A stretch of 62,696 bases of DNA from Girardia tigrina (lineage: Eukaryota). The DNA lies in assembly GCA_001938485.1 (NCBI GenBank), contig MQRK01171274.1, positions 62,001-124,696 of the forward strand, read 5' to 3'. Positions within the stretch are counted from its first letter, which is position 1, and every line of letters begins with the position of its first letter. A program made the position numbers and the translations under genes. Below are positions 59,501-62,696 of this stretch, piece by piece. The notes under the pieces were generated by a model, which was not told where the DNA came from, searched no databases, and saw only the letters and a list, made by a program, of their open reading frames with translations.

Positions 59501-61026
59501 ATGATTGTTTGAATTGACTGTTTATAATGAAAGCCTTATCATCTTACAAATGATTATTTGAGCAGTGTTCTTTTGTAAAAAAACAAGTGCTTTTTGGAAC
59601 TTTAGTGCAAATTACTTTGTAATCGAAGATTTGCATTTTCTAAGGATTGTTAGAAATATATCCAAAAATATTTTGTCTGCTTTAGCTAAGGATAGTATAA
59701 GAAGTCTCTAAAATATATGGAATTCATAGTAAAAATAACCAGCTTAAAGGAAGACCAATCTGGATTGGATTCTAGTGTAAACGGACTATTCGAAGAGGAT
59801 GAAGAATTTGACAATCATATAAACACAATTGAAGATTCTGAAGATATTCGGAAAGAACATCGCCCCAATATCTGTCGTAAAAGAAACAAATGCATTGGAA
59901 ATTTGTAATAATGAAGAAAATTCGATCAAATACTCTATTGATGGTACTTTTAATGAATACTTCAAAACATACCACTGCAAAAGATGTAAATTTATGTAAA
60001 TTATTTGCGTATTAGTTCATTTCGTGTTATATGTAATAAATTCCTGACTATTTCATAAAAAAAGAGGTCGTCACTTTAAATTGAGATTTTTATTTATTAC
60101 AAATATATCCTTGTTATTTAGGTAATTGTGGAAACAGTTTACTTTCGAGAAAAGTACAACCTTTTATATTTTAACCAAGCTTTACTAATTTAAAAACCTT
60201 AATAATTTTCTCGCAAGTAAACTGTTTCCACTATTGCACGAAGAGACAATATATAATATTAATGGTTAATTATTTCAATTTAAAATAAAAATCTAAAATT
60301 CACAAAATTATTTAAGTTGCTTATTAATCACATCAAAAATGTTGAAACCAAAATTTTCGAAAATATTTCAATGATAAAATTAATTATAAAAATAAAATTG
60401 AAATAATTTTATTTACAATAACCCACAGAAAAATAAATATTAAATATAAAAAAGTATTTTTTTTAATAAAAAATTTTTTTTGAACCATTGATTTATTACA
60501 TATTTGGTTAATTTTTTTTTATTATTTTGACATTTATTTGTCGGCATAATTGTTTTCAAGTCTTTTATTGAGAGTATATCGTTAACGTTATATTTCATAT
60601 TTATCAAATATGGTTTAATATTTCATAAATGTTATCGACTCATTTTTGTAATATAATTAAAAAGACAAATTTTAGGTTAAAAAAATTGATGATAAATATC
60701 GAAAATCAGAAAAAGAAGTTGAAAAGACCAAAGCATCATATCAAGCAGCTATCAATGATTTGGATGGTGAAAGTGGTCGATATATGGAAGAAATGGAAAA
60801 AGTAAGAAATAAATTTAACTATTTACTCTGACAATTTGGTTTATGGACTTTGACCAGACTCATAACTCAATAATACATAATTGTTTTTATTTTATGATTT
60901 ATTTGATTATTTTCGGCTTTTATAGACATTCAGCAAGGCTCAATCAGCGGAGCAAGAAAGGATAGAATTTTTTAAAGATACCTTTGAAAACATTAGAATG
61001 ATTCTTAATATAACCAAAAATGACAG
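43665..61026 (+). CDS. PACSIN: PACSIN/syndapin (F-BAR domain), exons 43665-43958, 48471-48743, 60676-60801, 60926-61026; continues beyond window
   Basis: FW...Y.RTVKRLE, ERAEIEK.Y...LK.W, YGT...W..L..EA..VSE.H, IKKWQKE.FHK, QKPW.KKLK, KKEYHAACK.EK, PEQ|VKK, YMEEME, ERIEFFK match the PACSIN F-BAR domain; GT-AG boundaries are in frame. Confidence 0.95.
44394..45135. mobile_element. piggyBac-type non-autonomous element, 742 bp
   Basis: TTAA TSDs; TIR CCC(T/G)AATGGGGCC; internal GT(C/T)CTTTTAAAAGGAC palindromes. Confidence 0.85.
46820..47170 (-). repeat. Dispersed repeat, inverted copy of ~37360-37780
   Basis: Same shared blocks as 37360-37780. Confidence 0.6.
48471..48743 (+). CDS. PACSIN: PACSIN coding exon 2
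   Basis: ALRNQLIEEVQPEIKKWQKEHFHK...APEQ, phase 0/0. Confidence 0.93.
50600..51090 (+). repeat. Dispersed repeat family; inverted copy at 58700-59240, partial copies at ~38820-38925 and ~62450-62545
   Basis: CCATCT.GGT..GAGAATCACCATTCTAAATTCAACATACTTAAATCAACA block and flanks are shared. Confidence 0.8.
51860..52590 (+). mobile_element. Highly degenerate mariner
   Basis: YCKELDDMM....KH.KLVN, TL.KVQQL, LKW.K.VD..G..FD-type fragments and a TIR-like end. Confidence 0.55.
53091..53102. promoter_or_regulatory. Perfect CRE palindrome (GGTGACGTCACC) in a CpG-rich intronic patch
   Basis: TGACGTCA at 53093-53100; function untested. Confidence 0.3.
54174..54310. repeat. ~45-bp tandem repeat, about 3 copies
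   Basis: TTCGTAAAAAAATGTAAAATAATTTAAGGTTTACATTTCGTAAAAG recurs. Confidence 0.85.
54985..55746. mobile_element. hAT (Charlie/Buster-type) non-autonomous element
   Basis: Ends ..GTGATTCCCAACCT / AGGTTGGGAAACACTG; 8-bp TSD ATTTATAT (nnnTAnnn); subterminal GGGTGCCGCG repeats. Confidence 0.88.
57270..57420 (+). mobile_element. DD41D-like transposase C-terminal fragment
   Basis: RGPIECLPRLSEMAHCDFYLDGYLKYLVY resembles RGP..WPPRSPDL.PCDFFLWGYLK..VY. Confidence 0.55.
57780..58035 (+). mobile_element. Mariner 3' end (cecropia-like)
   Basis: FKHL.NF..GK...FNEFI..R..DFY...INKL.S.LQKCI..NG. Confidence 0.65.
58700..59240 (-). repeat. Inverted copy of 50600-51090
   Basis: Reverse complement aligns by eye over ~500 bp. 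Confidence 0.8.
60676..60801 (+). CDS. PACSIN: PACSIN coding exon 3
   Basis: VKKIDDKYRKSEKEVEKTKASYQAAINDLDGESGRYMEEMEK; absent from ORF track (short). Confidence 0.9.
60926..61026 (+). CDS. PACSIN: PACSIN coding exon 4
   Basis: TFSKAQSAEQERIEFFKDTFENIRMILNITKND, GTAAT donor phase 2. Confidence 0.88.
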
Positions 61027-61172
61027 GTAATTTGACCTTTTTTCTGGAAATATTATTTTATTATAAGGTAAACCTATCCTTGTTCTAATTTTATTTTAAT
61101 TTTTTATAAACAATTAATTAAGAAACATTTATAATAAATAAAATTGTCTCTGAATAACCAAAACTTGTATTA

Positions 61173-61920
61173 TTAGGGTTAACCAAAAGTCTCCGTATTA
61201 TTTATTAAAAATTTAAACATAATTTTACAACAAATAAAAAACATTTAAGTTTCAAAGTAAAGGCCATTTGAATCTATAGCTTGAACCCATCTATGGGCAA
61301 GTTGTGCGATCCCGCTGCGGTACCAATCCTNGTTCTTAGAAGCGAAGAACTGGTGACACCCGTTTTCGACCTCGGCCAGATTATTGAAGCTGCGACCACG
61401 AAGAAAGTGTGCCATAGAGCGGAAAAGGTGATAGTCGGATGGCGCAAGATTCGGACTATACGCTGGGTGTGGAAGAAGTTCAAATGCGTCGAAATTTTTG
61501 ATTTTTTCCTTTGTTTGTTTGGCGGTGTGCGGTTTTACATTGTCTTTTTGTAGAAGAACTCGCTTTCGATTGATCAAAGCGGGGTATTTCTCGCCAAGTG
61601 CCGATCAATTTGGGCGCAGTAAATGTCAGCGTCGATGATAGAACCATTTGGAACCAGCTCGAAGTGAATCACGCCTTCGAAATTCCACCAAACACACAAA
61701 AGTGCCTTCCTTGAGAAACGATCTCGTTTCGCTACCGGTTTCGCCATTTTCCCGGGTCCAACCATTGATTTTGTTGGTCTGGATTACTGAAGTAAACCCA
61801 CTTTTCATCGCAAGTTACAATTCGACGGATGAAACGGTCATCGCGCGGATTTTCAAGCAATTTTTGACAAGTTTCGAAACGCTTTTCGGCTTGAATTTGT
61901 GTCAATTAATGAGGCACTAA
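61173..61920 (-). mobile_element. Mariner DD34D, 5' truncated, frameshifted
   Basis: TA|TTAGGGTTAACC terminus; VPH, IVTCDEKWVY, LCVWWNFEGVIHFEL, DN.KPH, HPAYSPNLAPSDYHLFRSMAHFLRG. Confidence 0.92.
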
Positions 61921-62696
61921 TAATAACTCGTCCATCTCACCTCATTTAATTTATAAATCTACACATGAAAAATTTTGTTTCTTTTGGAGAAGTTCAGTAA
62001 TTTTCCTAAAATTGTTGGATTTTAATTTCCAACATGGGAGTTAAAATTTCTGTGCCATTTTTATCGAATTATCTGTTTTGGTTATTCATCTCCAGATACT
62101 TTAACACAACCGGCCGTGTAATTTTAACACAAAAAAACAGCCAATGAGGTATATTTTACTTAAACATTTTTTTATTTTTTGAAATTTTACATCTCATTTT
62201 GATGAAAGAATTATGGGAAACAAACGAAAACTTCAGCTCGATCGGATCACAAATTTCAGGGTTCCAATCAAATTAATTTCAATTTAGGGTTAAATATGCC
62301 ACATGACCTTTTAAGGGTTAAACATATCTAACATCTTAATGGGATAAATTGGTATCCGTCATCTATGGCGTCGAGGTCTTCCGATATAATAATCTTCAAA
62401 GTAATCTCTAACTGGTAAACTTTCGGGTGGTAATTTTTTTAAAATTCTTCAATGGCTGTGAGGAATATTTTAAATTGTTGAATGTGTGAATATATTGATG
62501 TTGTATGTTGATTTGTGATTGTGCCTCTTCTAATCAGATGATTAATATTTAAATTCTTAAAAACTATTTCTGGTATTTATGTATTATTAGGGTGAGTCAT
62601 AAGTTGTGGGGCACTCTTTCCAAAGTAATTATCTTTAATTACAACATGAATTGTCGAATCGATATTAATTGAATTTGTATATCGTAATAAAGCTCA

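Noticed and set aside
1-62696. tRNA, rRNA or snRNA genes
   Set aside because: None recognised by eye; tRNAscan-SE and Infernal would be needed to exclude them.

Overview
Very AT-rich, intron-rich animal genomic DNA with several N gaps. The style fits a ciliated invertebrate such as a planarian, but that is inference. Two host genes lie head-to-head. The first is an axonemal outer-arm dynein heavy chain (DNAH5/DNAH8-like) on the minus strand: ATG at 36265, 18 hand-spliced exons down to 6265 (about 1170 codons, N-terminal tail), continuing off the left edge. The second is a PACSIN/syndapin F-BAR gene on the plus strand: ATG at 43665, 4 exons to 61026, continuing off the right edge. Dynein introns are either tiny (41-55 nt) or kilobases long and packed with nested mobile DNA: mariner DD34D, DD41D-like, IS630/Tc1-like, hAT, piggyBac-type, Mutator, Helitron, Ty3/gypsy and Penelope-like elements. 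Several features are missing from the ORF track: an intronless, frameshifted LSm3 copy inside a dynein intron; a Penelope-like family with covarying minimal hammerhead-ribozyme motifs and a shared stop codon in its GIY-YIG motif; a Tc1/IS630-like transposase apparently split by two host-sized spliceosomal introns; a Penelope endonuclease interrupted by C2H2 fingers; and a candidate spliced antisense ORF nested in the dynein gene. All homology calls come from recalled family motifs, not database searches.
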